Positions 42,734 to 53,931 of a stretch of 64,000 nucleotides of DNA are shown one piece after another. Origin of the DNA: an uncultured Methanomicrobiales archaeon. Lineage in GTDB: Archaea > Halobacteriota > Methanomicrobia > Methanomicrobiales > Methanospirillaceae. Numbering within the stretch: position 1 is the first letter of the stretch; each line of letters opens with the position of its first letter. A program made the translations under genes and the position numbers. The stretch is taken from assembly GCA_963697895.1 (NCBI GenBank), contig OY969100.1, positions 1,472,001 through 1,536,000 of the forward strand, given 5' to 3'. Below the pieces are notes generated by a model that saw only the letters and a program-made list of their open reading frames with translations, was not told where the DNA came from and made no database searches.

Positions 42734-43070
42734 GATTCTCACTCTATTCTGTGTTTAATGTTAATCATCGTTCGTGTTCGATGAATAAATACCTTCTCCT
42801 GATCCTTTTATCGATGCTATTCCGCCCGATATACAATATAACCCCGTATAGTTCACTTAATGAAACAACAATTTCTATGGATGGACCCGAACTGTAGCTG
42901 AATGAACCGGAGGGATAAATATTCATGAAATTTCATGCCCCGTGAAATATCATTATCCTGGCCCCTGCACCGGATATACGGGTTTTTAGAGAGCGGAAAT
43001 GGTAGATTCAGGTCTCTGACCAATGGCATTTTACTCATCTTTATCATAGATAGCAGAAAATGTTATACCC

Positions 43071-45047
43071 ATGAAATGGTTCCGGGCTGGAATTATGTGC
43101 CTGATAATCGGGGGTATCCTTATTTCTGGTTGTATTACGGATCAGGCGCCTGCCGTAAACAATAGCAGCAGCACAGAGACCCGGAACGCAACGCTCGCTA
43201 CGGCAATTCAGAAATACGATACTATTTTACAATCAGATCCGGGAAATGTCTCCATCCTGATGGAGAAAGGAAGTGCATTAACAGAACTTAATCGCTATGA
43301 TGATGCCCTTGCCGTGTATGATCGCGTCATCGCGCTGTACCCTAACCAATCGTTTGCATGGGGATATCGGGGGAATGTGCTTTTCAGCACCGGCAGATAC
43401 GAGGATGCACTGGACTCGTACGATCGCTCCCTGTATATCGATCCCGGTATGGCAGCAACCTGGGGATATCGGGGAAAATCCCTTGCCCGTTTGGGGAGAT
43501 ATGATGAGGCAATTCAGGCATATGATCATGCACTTGGCATTGACCCCAATCTCTCTGCCGCGTGGGAGTTAAGAGGAGATGCATTATCCAGTTTGGGGAG
43601 ATACCAGGAGGCTCTTGCATCCTATGACCATGCTCTGCAGATTTCACCAGATCGTATATCTACCATGGAAGCGAAGGCCTATCTTCTGGAAAAACTGGGC
43701 CGGTATGAAGCATCCGTCCAGACATATGATCAGGCATTGAACGTTTCCCCCAACGATACGGTATTGCTGAAAGATAAAGCATATTTGTTAAATCTGATGG
43801 GAAGGTACGAAGATGCTATAAGCACCTATGATCGTGTTCTGGAACGCGAACCGCGTGACACGGTCGCAATGACATACAGGGGATATGCACTCAACAATCT
43901 GGGAAGATATAATGAATCGATTGCCCAATTCGATATTGCGCTGGGAATAAACGAAAATAACAGCCTTGCCTGGTCGAACAAGGGATTTGCCCTGAACGCA
44001 TTGGGACAGCGACAGGAGGCACTCGATGCATACGACCGGGCACTCGCGGTGGACCCTGGCCTTCCAATCGCATGGGTTAATAAGGGATATACATTAAGCG
44101 AACTGGGCCGAAATGAAGATGCGTTATCGGCCTATGACCGGGCTATCGCAATCGATCCAAACAATACGTTTGCCCTGGTCTATAAAGGGGGCACCCTTTA
44201 CCAGCTCAATCGTTACCCCGAGGCCATAGATGCTATTGATATGGCACTTGCTCTTGACCCGAATAACAGTCTCGCCTGGTCAACAAAAGGGAATGCCCTC
44301 ACCCGCCTGGGAAAATACCCAGAAGCGGCAGCTGCATTTGATCGAGCTATTGCAATTGAGCCAAATTCCTCAACGCTCTGGTTCAACAAGGGGTACGCAC
44401 TTCAGGCGGCGAAACAATGGAAGAATGCCCTTGATGCGTACGATCGGTCCCTTGCACTTGATCCTGAAAACAGCAATACCTGGACATACAAAGTGGCAGT
44501 TCTCCACGAGTTGGGTCGTGACTTAGAGGCGGTCCATCAATATGACAGGGAAATACAGCTCCATCCAAACAACACCGTCGCCTTGATGAATAAAGGGTAT
44601 GCGCTTTTCACAACCCACGAGTATGATGATGCCATCCGGTTGTACGACCGTGCAATCGCTATTGAACCGAATAATATCATTGCATGGGTCAATAAGGGAA
44701 CTATCCAGATACAGGTGGGGGATTATATTGGTGCGATCGATACGTTTAACCAGGCAATGCTGGTGAGTCCGAATGATGAAAACGTTCACCTTTATAAAGG
44801 GATTGCGCTCGCCAGGATGGGCAGTTATGCGGAGGCAGTGGACGAGTTCGATGCGGTCATTAAGATAAATTCACAGAACACCGCTGCATGGACAAATAAA
44901 GGGTATTCACTAGTGAAAACGGGTAACGTGGTCGAAGGGATCCAAGCGTATGACACTGCTCTGAAGATTGACCCCAGCTATACCGCAGCACAGCAGGGAA
45001 GACTCCAGGCAATTCAGGTTAACTGGCCGGGATACCGGAAAGGATGA
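43071..45047 (+). CDS. Tetratricopeptide-repeat lipoprotein (about 17 TPRs)
   Basis: Lipobox ILISGC; 34-aa repeats AW.NKG.AL..LGRY.EA..AYDRAL.IDP. Confidence 0.92.
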   Translation: MKWFRAGIMCLIIGGILISGCITDQAPAVNNSSSTETRNATLATAIQKYDTILQSDPGNVSILMEKGSALTELNRYDDALAVYDRVIALYPNQSFAWGYRGNVLFSTGRYEDALDSYDRSLYIDPGMAATWGYRGKSLARLGRYDEAIQAYDHALGIDPNLSAAWELRGDALSSLGRYQEALASYDHALQISPDRISTMEAKAYLLEKLGRYEASVQTYDQALNVSPNDTVLLKDKAYLLNLMGRYEDAISTYDRVLEREPRDTVAMTYRGYALNNLGRYNESIAQFDIALGINENNSLAWSNKGFALNALGQRQEALDAYDRALAVDPGLPIAWVNKGYTLSELGRNEDALSAYDRAIAIDPNNTFALVYKGGTLYQLNRYPEAIDAIDMALALDPNNSLAWSTKGNALTRLGKYPEAAAAFDRAIAIEPNSSTLWFNKGYALQAAKQWKNALDAYDRSLALDPENSNTWTYKVAVLHELGRDLEAVHQYDREIQLHPNNTVALMNKGYALFTTHEYDDAIRLYDRAIAIEPNNIIAWVNKGTIQIQVGDYIGAIDTFNQAMLVSPNDENVHLYKGIALARMGSYAEAVDEFDAVIKINSQNTAAWTNKGYSLVKTGNVVEGIQAYDTALKIDPSYTAAQQGRLQAIQVNWPGYRKG

Positions 45048-45116
45048 AAAAATCGGCATGGTCTTTTAATTTCCCTTTCAATCCACCGCCTGCAGATCGA
45101 AAGTAAATCTCTAAAA

Positions 45117-45998
45117 TTACATCTGGTGGCTTGAAACCTGCCATCGATGGACATATCCCCTTTTTTCCATCACCTGATCATCCAGCCACACGCCGTGCTC
45201 TCGTACAACCTTCCCGATCACCGTAAAAGGAATATCGATATCCGGTAATCGTGCCGGTGAACAGGTAAACAGGAGCTCGAAGTCTCCTCCGCTGTAGAGC
45301 GCCAGGTCACGCCCGACTTCAGAAGGCATACCCGCAGGAATAGGTATCAGATCGGATCTAACCGAATAACCGCAGGTATTCGCATCAAGCATATCATACA
45401 GGGAGAGAGAGAGTCCGTCACTGATATCCATCATTGAGCTGATCCCGGAAATGGCAAGCTTTCGCCCCTCCGCTACCCGTGGTTGGGGTTCGAACAATTG
45501 AAGATCGTACTGATGATACCCGGACAATGCTGCCCCTGCGCATCCAAGGGTTCCGGATATGCATATAACGTCCCCGATACACGAACCGGACCTTCTCACG
45601 ATGATTTCTCGATCGACGGTCCCAATTCCCGTGCTCACAATGGTCAGTTCCTCATGATTATCCAGATCCCCCCCTGCCAGCTCAACGCCAAATCGCGAAC
45701 AACAATCGGATGCCCCCGACATAATGTCGAAGAGTCGGTCCGGCCGGTCAAGACCAATTGAAATGAGCATGAACCAAGGAAAGGCACCCATACTCGCGAT
45801 GTCTGAAAGGCTCACTGCCGCACTCATCCAGCCGATCTGCCAGTCACTCATCTGGGCTGGAAAATCGGTCTCGGTGTGGAGCATGTCGGTTGTGGCAACG
45901 AGAAACTTGTCACCGAGCGGCATAACCGCACAGTCGTCAAGAGTATATTCCCGTCCGATAACTTCACGGACTACGTTCAGGAGTTCACGTTCATCCAA
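45117..45998 (-). CDS. thiL: Thiamine-phosphate kinase
   Basis: DDCA, TTDML, SDIASMGA, GGD, MDISDGL, GGDFELLFT. Confidence 0.95.
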   Translation of the reverse strand: MDERELLNVVREVIGREYTLDDCAVMPLGDKFLVATTDMLHTETDFPAQMSDWQIGWMSAAVSLSDIASMGAFPWFMLISIGLDRPDRLFDIMSGASDCCSRFGVELAGGDLDNHEELTIVSTGIGTVDREIIVRRSGSCIGDVICISGTLGCAGAALSGYHQYDLQLFEPQPRVAEGRKLAISGISSMMDISDGLSLSLYDMLDANTCGYSVRSDLIPIPAGMPSEVGRDLALYSGGDFELLFTCSPARLPDIDIPFTVIGKVVREHGVWLDDQVMEKRGYVHRWQVSSHQM

Positions 45999-47947
45999 CC
46001 TTTTTCATCTCCTTCCCCCGTTCAGCCTGGTATTCACGAAATAGATGTTCAAGTTTCTTGGTATGTTTTTCCCGTTCATATTGTTCATACTGCATTTCCC
46101 ACCCGGACATACAACCTCGCAGCTTTTCTTTCACTATAACCCCTGTTTTCCCCCGGATCATCGCTCCAACATCGGTTGCGGTTAGCAACGGAAGCCTGTA
46201 TTCGAGGCAAACCTCACGGAATTGTGGATCATTGGATATTCCGGCTATGAGCGCGCCGATACCCATTTCAGCAAGATCTCTCACCAGTCCTCGACCCCAT
46301 CCCTCGATCTTATACACATATACCAGATCCCTCTCTTTGATGCCCATTTCGTCTATGAGAAGCTTGAGTCCCTCTTTCGTAAAGGACGACAATACTTTCA
46401 CCGGAATGACGTCACGGTCGATCGCCATCAGCTCGTCGAAGGTTTTCAGGCGATCAAGACGTTTATGGAGCGTTCTGTTTGCTCGTTCTTCCTTCCTAAG
46501 CCGCTTCTTAAGACTCAGAATGACCGCATCGCGGGTTGCTATTCCCGTATCCTTCTGAAGCTTTCGATCCTGAGCTGAACGTACCCGGCGAAGCCTCGTT
46601 TGGAGGCGTATTATCTCATGATCGCGCTGTTTGATCTCCTCCTGGAGTTCCTGCACAAATCCTCTGAGTCGTTTGACTGTACCGTCGAGTATCCGTATCC
46701 GTTCGTCATGTATGGTCTCTGTCGGAACAAGATGCGCTTCTACCGGCGGTACTGGCGACGGAATCTTCAATTCATCCAGCACGTGCTCGAGGGACTGCCC
46801 CCGGATCACCCCGGCCAGAACGTTATCAAGATTATGCCCCGGGGGAACCCGCTTTATCACGTTCCTGAACTTATTCCTGACATGGCGATACGCTTCGAGC
46901 GCTGCTGAGAGCGCATCACGCTCATGATCATTCCCATACTGGTAAGGGGACGTGATATCGAGTCTTTGATTCGACACTCATATCCGATTTCGGGGTAAAG
47001 CCGACTGCATTGAATGCACGGCGGATCTTCTCAACCGAGAATGGCATATCATGGACATCAGAAGCAATGATCAGAGGTTTCCCGATTTGAAAGAGTGACT
47101 CGATCACATCGGACATCGAGGTCTGGCGGGAACTGCTTATATGGAGCAGATTGCCATCGAGATCCAGTGCAGCAATTGCCGTTGTGGTTCCGGGGTCGAT
47201 GCCGACGATCAGGAAACGGGGTTTTCCGGAAACCGGTCTGAACCTGATTCGGTCAAGTCGCCTTCCTTCAATCCGTACCTGGACGTCTGCTCCACGATAG
47301 GCCTGAACGGGAATCTGATCCCTGGCTGCCTGAACACCGAAAGCCACCCGGCTGCACCCCCCAAATGCGTGGGTTTCCTTTTTGGCATATTTTAGCCCGG
47401 CAGCAGCAAGTTCCATCTCGATTTCCCGTGCTTTCTGTTGCACCGCCCCATGTATTTTACGGACGTATCTGTTCTGGCTCCATCCACCCTTGCCCGGGGA
47501 CCGGTGTCGGCTTACAATGACGTCAGAAGTATTCTCATATGCAATAACTTCGGCACCGGCTCCAAGAAGAGCGACCCTTGCGATAGTTCTGGCCTCGTCG
47601 AAGGGGTTGAGCCGGTCGAAGCTGATATTATATCGTGCTGCCACCTTGGAAAGCGTCTCCTTCCGCTCCCCTCCCGTCACCTGAACAAGGCGTGTCTGTG
47701 TGGGCAGTTCCCGCAGAAAAAGGAAGAGCTCGCGCTGATCGGTTGCAATTTCCTGAAGGCTGTCAACTGCCAGGATATCCGGTTTTTCGGCGGTAAGAAT
47801 ACGGAATAGCCTGAACCGCGAGACCTCATTCTCTGATACAATCTGGTCGCCCTCCATACGGACAAGAGCGTACATCGGTCTCCGGGAACGTGAACGTACC
47901 GAACCCCGGATGATATCTATCCCATAGACCTTCAGCTCGTTACGCAT
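45991..47947 (-). CDS. DUF460 family protein (RNase H-fold plus coiled coil); frameshift at ~46963
   Basis: RSPGKGGWSQNRY, IVGIDPGTTTA, then NDHERDAL in the next frame; one extra base joins VESK to LDITSPY. Confidence 0.85.
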
Positions 47948-48791
47948 TGCAGTGCTTCCTCAGTATCGGTACGCGAGCATATATTTTCTCTCGAAGTACC
48001 TGAGGATGTTTACGAGATCCCGGCGGAGTGTGGCATTGGCATTCGGGTGGTCCCGTTCAATCCACTGGGGCCAGTCGATTATAATGCATTCCCCTCCTGC
48101 AATCATCACGTTGTATTCGCTCATGTCCGCGTGGATAACGCCCTTCTCGTACGCCCGCCGAACCTGCTCCAGGATCTCATCCCTGAATAGCATCGGTTCA
48201 TCCAGCTGACACCGATTAAGGTTCACACCTGGGATGAATTCCATGGCGACTACATTACGGTTCAGGTCAACCGGAAGAGGTACCTGCACGGCGGGGTGCA
48301 GCATCTTCAGGGCGTCGTATTCACGCTCTGCGGAATAACGGGAGGCAAATATCCAGGGGCAATGGCCCTTCTCCGGCATATATTCCCGCGTGAGCCTTAC
48401 CGCATGGAATGACCGCTGACCGATATGATGGAACTTCAACGCCAGCGTTCCAAGCCCTGTTGCCTCATATACAACCGACTCTTTTCCTTCCCCTATGAGG
48501 CATCCCAGCGCGTTAACGGTCCCGCGTCTAGAAAGAGTCTATCAGAGCCAGTGCATCATATCCCCCGAATATGAGGGTATATCCTTCATAGGGGACCGTG
48601 TCGTACCGCACCATACCCAGATTCATCAGCCTGCTCATCCGGTACGCAATCTCAGATTCTGAAAGACGAACCGCACGCTTGATCAGGTCGAGTGGCACCC
48701 ACTGGTGTTTCGCCATAAGTCGCTCCAGAGTGCTCAAAAGCCGGATCTCATACGGGTGGAGTGATCGGATATGATCGGCGGAAATTACCAT
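47932..48791 (-). CDS. rio2: RIO2-type serine/threonine kinase (frameshifts at ~48540 and ~47968)
   Basis: N-terminal wHTH (GYTLIFGGYDALAL), IGEGKESVVY, KFHHIG, IHADMSEYN, IIDWPQW; the corrected C-terminus YDTEEALQCVTS* ends at 47932. Confidence 0.88.
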
Positions 48792-48844
48792 CTGCTCTAC
48801 ACATTTTATCTATGCCAATGATAAAGGTTGATCTGAAAGAAACC

Positions 48845-49735
48845 ATGGCCTGTGACAAATGCCACCGTCCGGCAATCGTTTATCAGCGGTATTCAGGACT
48901 GCACCTCTGCGAATCTCATTTCAATGAAGACTTCGAAAAGAAGGCGAAAAGGGCAATTCGAAAAAGGCAATGGATCCGCCCGGGGGATCGGATTGGAATA
49001 ATTATGGATGGCGGAATGGATAGCAATGGGCTTGCATTCTTTTTATCGCACCTTCTTAAAAAACGGCATGATATTGATCTTATAGGGCTATCTGTTCTTG
49101 ATGGACCCGGTTCTGATCAGGGTGCGACACGGGCAGAAGAGGTCGCCAGAAATCTTGAAATACCGTGGGTTTCGGTATCGCTCTCAAAGGAAATCAGATG
49201 TCCGATAGATAAAATGGCAATGAACAAAAGCTATCTGCTCTCGTGTCCCCATATCAACGGACTTATGAATCATTGCCACGAACTCCTTGCAAGAGATCAG
49301 GGGGTAACCAAAATCGCTCTCAGCAAAGATCTCGATGAAGAAGCAGGGGATATCCTGATGCATACACTGCAGGGCACCCCTTCCAGGTTATTTGATATAT
49401 CTGCCGGTGCGGGATGCCAATTCCCACAGATATGTCCGTTCATCTCTATTCCGAAACGCGAGGTGATGTTATACGCCTTTCTTCACACGAACGGCAACGA
49501 GTTTGAAAAGCATTTATATTCCCCTTCCCGTGTCCCGGAAGAGATTAGGGCGCTCCTGAATGAGTACGCCTACCGCCACCCTGCGACAAAGTATGCACTC
49601 GTCAACCTCGCTGAGGAATTGAGAAGTTCACCCCTCCTGCGGAGTGAGGCATCATGTATCGTGGCACGCAAAGAACCGGGTTTTAACCGCTGCGAAGGAT
49701 GCGATATGTTAAATAAGGTGCGACATGGCAATTGA
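48845..49735 (+). CDS. TtuA/TtcA (TIGR00269-like) family protein with degenerate catalytic motifs
   Basis: N-terminal CDKC...YSGLHLC..HF Zn finger, RPGDRI, YAYRHPATKYAL; PP-loop altered to DGGMDS. Confidence 0.75.
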   Translation: MACDKCHRPAIVYQRYSGLHLCESHFNEDFEKKAKRAIRKRQWIRPGDRIGIIMDGGMDSNGLAFFLSHLLKKRHDIDLIGLSVLDGPGSDQGATRAEEVARNLEIPWVSVSLSKEIRCPIDKMAMNKSYLLSCPHINGLMNHCHELLARDQGVTKIALSKDLDEEAGDILMHTLQGTPSRLFDISAGAGCQFPQICPFISIPKREVMLYAFLHTNGNEFEKHLYSPSRVPEEIRALLNEYAYRHPATKYALVNLAEELRSSPLLRSEASCIVARKEPGFNRCEGCDMLNKVRHGN

Positions 49736-51437
49736 ACGAAAGGGAACGTTCTGGCATTATTTTTTTGCTTCGGAACGCGTGAAGATCGGTGCTTTTTTCA
49801 CCCTTTTTTTCGTACAGATGATCGGGTATACGGCGATATTTCATTATATATACCCTATACTCGAAAAAAAACCGATTAGCTGGCCTGCAGCGCTCCTCTT
49901 CGTTGTCGAAACAATAACCACAACGGGATATGGGGAGCTCATGCCATTTACGAATGATCTGACCGACCTTATTACGATCGTCATGATGATCACCGGGATC
50001 ATCGTAATATTCATGGTAATCCCGCTGATCCTCATCCCCATTCTCGGTAACTTACTCCATACGTCACCCCCCCGGAAGACACCGAGGGAACTCCGGAATC
50101 ATGTGGTGATCATCGGTTTCGGAGAGCTGACCCGTTCTCTCATCGAGAGCCTCATGATATCAGATCTGGAGATCGTAATTATAGAAGACGATGAAGGTAC
50201 GGTCAGAAGAATTGCTCAAATGTACGGAAACCGGGTGTATGCGGTATGGGGCGATTACAATGATTCCCAAACCTGGAATAATGCCTGGATCAAAAATGCG
50301 AGCAACGTCGTCGTTGACAAGGATGAACGGACCGCAGCCACGATTATTCTCGGAATACGCGAACAAACCCCGGGACGGATCATCGCGGTGGTTGACAAAC
50401 TCTCATTTGATCGATATCTTCGATATGCCGGCGCCGAATATGTTCTTTCGCCAAAGCATGTGACAGGTCAGATCCTTGCCAGAGGTGCCCTTCTGACCTC
50501 CCACATCAGCACCATCGTAGACGAGACCCTTTCGGGCCACCGGCTCCCCCACGACCCGTCTGATGAACTAGGCGGAAAGCTCCGTGTCCTGAATATTCCT
50601 ATCGGCCCGGCATCAAACGCTGTAGGGAAATCACTCGGTGAACTTGACCTCTTTTCCAAATATGGGTTTGATACATTGTTACTTGCACGGGGGGGTCATT
50701 TCGACTTCCATCCGAACACCCGCGAAGTGATCGACGGATCAACGATGCTCTTCCTCATAGGAAGTGTCGAACAGATCGCTCCAATGATTGAGCACGAATT
50801 TTTATCCCGTGATGAAGACAGTGCCCTTGCGGTGATTGCAGGTTTTGGTGACGTTGGAGCCGCTGCATATCATGAAATGGCCTCTGTTGGTATGACATGT
50901 ATCGTGATCGACCAGAAATCGCAGTCAGTGAGTCAGGTGATCGGAAATGCCGAAGACGAGGAGATCCTCAAAAAAGCACAGATTGAAACGGCACGGTACT
51001 GTATTGTCGCTCTGAATGATGATCATATCAACATTTTCACGACCTTGATGGCCCGTTCGCTCAACCCGGATATCCGGATCCTCGCGCGGGCCAACGAGCC
51101 GGGATCGGTCGATAAACTCTATCGGGCTGGCGCCGATTACGTGGCCCTTCTCCCAAACATCGGAGGTCAGGTGATCGGCGGGGTCGTCCTCTCCGATATT
51201 GTCAGAGTTGTCCTGAACCTCCCGAACAGACAGAAGGTTCTCCGAAAGCGGGTGATGAAACGGGTTAACCAGACCGTTTCATCCGTGGAGCGGCAAACGG
51301 GCGTCCGGATCATCGGGATAGAGGGAAGAGAACGGTCCATTGTGCGGCCCCATCCAGAAGAACACCTGTTAGAAGGAGATACTCTTGTCGTGATCGGGGA
51401 ATCAACAGATCTGAAAACATTTATCCAGACAATATGA
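49725..51437 (+). CDS. Potassium channel protein with TrkA-N/TrkA-C (RCK) domains
   Basis: TITTTGYG selectivity filter between two TMs; IIGFG and IAGFG Rossmann motifs; AGADYV. Confidence 0.92.
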   Translation: MAIERKGTFWHYFFASERVKIGAFFTLFFVQMIGYTAIFHYIYPILEKKPISWPAALLFVVETITTTGYGELMPFTNDLTDLITIVMMITGIIVIFMVIPLILIPILGNLLHTSPPRKTPRELRNHVVIIGFGELTRSLIESLMISDLEIVIIEDDEGTVRRIAQMYGNRVYAVWGDYNDSQTWNNAWIKNASNVVVDKDERTAATIILGIREQTPGRIIAVVDKLSFDRYLRYAGAEYVLSPKHVTGQILARGALLTSHISTIVDETLSGHRLPHDPSDELGGKLRVLNIPIGPASNAVGKSLGELDLFSKYGFDTLLLARGGHFDFHPNTREVIDGSTMLFLIGSVEQIAPMIEHEFLSRDEDSALAVIAGFGDVGAAAYHEMASVGMTCIVIDQKSQSVSQVIGNAEDEEILKKAQIETARYCIVALNDDHINIFTTLMARSLNPDIRILARANEPGSVDKLYRAGADYVALLPNIGGQVIGGVVLSDIVRVVLNLPNRQKVLRKRVMKRVNQTVSSVERQTGVRIIGIEGRERSIVRPHPEEHLLEGDTLVVIGESTDLKTFIQTI

Positions 51438-51548
51438 GAGAAGGGATGATTGACATTTATCATCCACGGAAGAAGGGATTACCCCCCCCGAACTTTACAG
51501 AGGTTCGGTGAGTTACTCTTTCCAGGGGGGGCAGGGGTGACATAATTC

Positions 51549-52295
51549 ATGCAGGAAGAAATGGGTTGTACAATGGGACAGATAGAACAGCTGATCCGCT
51601 ATGCTTTCTGGTCGAGCGGGAGTTCCGGGATTGTGCTCGGGATGAGTGGCGGTATCGATTCATCGGTTGCTGCGACGTTCTGCTGCAAGGCGATCGGCGG
51701 AGACCGCGTGCTTGGCCTCATCCTTCCCTCTATCGTGACGAGAGAAGATGATATTACAGATGCACAAGACCTGTGCAAGGCACTGGGAATGGAATACCTG
51801 ACGTTCGGAGTTGATCCGCTGCTTGCTGGATTTACCGTCATTCCCGGATATGAAGAGTCGCCGTATCTCCGCGGGAACCTGATGGCGCGCATCCGAATGA
51901 CCGTGCTTTATTATTTTGCCAATCGGGATCACCGCATCGTCTGCGGTACATCAAACCGGACCGAATACCTGATCGGATACTGCACGAAATTCGGAGATAA
52001 TGCGGCTGACATCCAGCCGATCATCCATCTGTATAAAACTGACGTTTACCGGGTCGCAGAGGATCTGATGATTCCGGATTCGATCCGCAATAAAGTACCT
52101 TCTGCCGGGTTATGGGAAGGACAAAGCGACGAACAGGAGATCGGGCTGTCTTACCCGATCATCGATGAAGCACTTCGCGCGCTTGAGATAAACGGATGGA
52201 AGAGTCGAAATTCAGTAGAAGAAAAGGTCCTTCAGATGGTAAGTAAAAGTGAACACAAGCGAATTTCCGCATATCATCTCACCACAATCTGCTGA
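51549..52295 (+). CDS. nadE: NH3-dependent NAD+ synthetase
   Basis: SGGIDS, GNLMARIRM, GTSNRTE, TKFGD, PSAGLWEGQSDE. Confidence 0.96.
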   Translation: MQEEMGCTMGQIEQLIRYAFWSSGSSGIVLGMSGGIDSSVAATFCCKAIGGDRVLGLILPSIVTREDDITDAQDLCKALGMEYLTFGVDPLLAGFTVIPGYEESPYLRGNLMARIRMTVLYYFANRDHRIVCGTSNRTEYLIGYCTKFGDNAADIQPIIHLYKTDVYRVAEDLMIPDSIRNKVPSAGLWEGQSDEQEIGLSYPIIDEALRALEINGWKSRNSVEEKVLQMVSKSEHKRISAYHLTTIC

Positions 52296-52968
52296 GACTT
52301 CCCCCATATTCTTCTGGCTTATTGAGGAAATTGAGGGAATCACCACCGATCATCGTCGAAAGCGACCCCGCAGGAAGGATATCCGTGGCAAGCTGCCGGG
52401 GAATGTCTCGTAATGGTTGTATTCCAGGGTAGTATGGATTCTTAATCAGGACTCCCCCTTCCAGTTCATAATACGCTGCCCCGTGATATCGTTCATATTC
52501 GTCATATTCGCTTGAAAAATCCGTAGATACGATATTTGCCATGACAAGGGTCTCTGAACCAGGATTGATAGTGACGTGCCCATAATCGGGAGGAATAATA
52601 ACCCGTTCACCACGCACCGCAGGAATAAGTATGAGATCATTCAGGGTCCGGTGCTGCAGGAGGTAATGAGCCATTCCTTCCAGCACCTCATATACTTCCG
52701 GATATCCGATACCGGCGGGATTTTTCGGATGATAGTGACCTTTGGTCTTCACATACTCTTTACACAGAATACGGGGTGGAATCACAGTGACGTCATAACG
52801 AAGATGGTGTTTCGAAAGCCATTCCCGTTCCCGATCGTCCCGCGAAAGATCGCGGTACATAAGATAGAGCGGTTCATCTGAATTGCAGTTCTGATCGTAA
52901 AGGAGCGGTCTGAGCTCCTCGATCGTCCGTACCTGCGGTTCCGGTAAGATGCCGTCCCAGGGGAACAT
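52279..52968 (-). CDS. pgi: Cupin-type glucose-6-phosphate isomerase
   Basis: RYDVTVIPP, KTKGHYHP, YPEVYEVLEG, IPPDYGHVTINP. Confidence 0.88.
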   Translation of the reverse strand: MFPWDGILPEPQVRTIEELRPLLYDQNCNSDEPLYLMYRDLSRDDREREWLSKHHLRYDVTVIPPRILCKEYVKTKGHYHPKNPAGIGYPEVYEVLEGMAHYLLQHRTLNDLILIPAVRGERVIIPPDYGHVTINPGSETLVMANIVSTDFSSEYDEYERYHGAAYYELEGGVLIKNPYYPGIQPLRDIPRQLATDILPAGSLSTMIGGDSLNFLNKPEEYGGSLSRLW

Positions 52969-53124
52969 TAATTTTTCTTCATTTTCTAACTACATAAAAG
53001 GATTGATGCAGATGAAAACGAAAAATCGGGCGTAAATGTCCCACGAAGAAAATTATTGATACACTTATATATCTATGTAGGCATGAAAATTAATGGAAAA
53101 CTCATCCAGCCCATTCATCATAAC

Positions 53125-53889
53125 TTAATAATCCCGGATCTCGTTCATCTGGGTAACGTCCATCAATCCTTTCATGGCAAGTGTCTGCACCGGAATTCCC
53201 CCTTCTTTTACCGCAGCCATGGGATTGGTTCCTCCGACCGCCACGATCCCAAGGTACTGGGGGTCGACCACGACCCCGAGCGCAGGGGTATTGGGAAGAC
53301 CCACATCGAGGATGCCCGTAAAGCTGCTCCCCGACAGGTCATCCAGAACATCCCCAATCAGTGATTCCGCTTCCATGTGACATTCACGTATATTCGCCAG
53401 GATCGTCCCGCTACCCTTTCGCATGACATCGGAGATCGAGGTGATATCCTGTGAACTGAGAACCTGCAAAGGATCAACGGTCGTGTATTCATAGAGAATA
53501 ATATGGGTGAATCTCCTCGGAATTCTCCGCTCAATCTCCACAACCCCGCCACCGATTGGATTCAAAGGAACACCGCGTTTGAGAAGCAGTCCATCGAGTG
53601 TGGAACTGCACATACTGATGCAAGCAGTTTTTCCCTCCGGAACCCGGAATTGGCCCAGTTCTTCTCCCGCATCTAAAAAACGAACAAGACCGCTGGCACA
53701 GATACCGGCCTTGCATGCATCCTTGAATACCGAGACGGTGTACTCAAAATCCTCATTGCGTATGACTGACAGGTTGTATACGACAAGCCCGGTCCCTTCC
53801 TTCGGGTTATAGGTCACCTGAGTTGCGTATTCCTCAATTCTATGGTTGACGAATTTCAGGGGAAGGGTCATTATGTACAGATCGTTCAT
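53125..53889 (-). CDS. NrpR regulatory-domain (DUF128) protein lacking an HTH, NrpRII-like
   Basis: GLVVYNLS, CSSTLDGLLLKRGVP, RRFTHII.Y..TTVDPL, ILANIRE, GGTNP.AA. Confidence 0.8.
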   Translation of the reverse strand: MNDLYIMTLPLKFVNHRIEEYATQVTYNPKEGTGLVVYNLSVIRNEDFEYTVSVFKDACKAGICASGLVRFLDAGEELGQFRVPEGKTACISMCSSTLDGLLLKRGVPLNPIGGGVVEIERRIPRRFTHIILYEYTTVDPLQVLSSQDITSISDVMRKGSGTILANIRECHMEAESLIGDVLDDLSGSSFTGILDVGLPNTPALGVVVDPQYLGIVAVGGTNPMAAVKEGGIPVQTLAMKGLMDVTQMNEIRDY

Positions 53890-53931
53890 CGCAATAGAAA
53901 AATTGTTCTATAAGATGAAGGAAATGTATGG

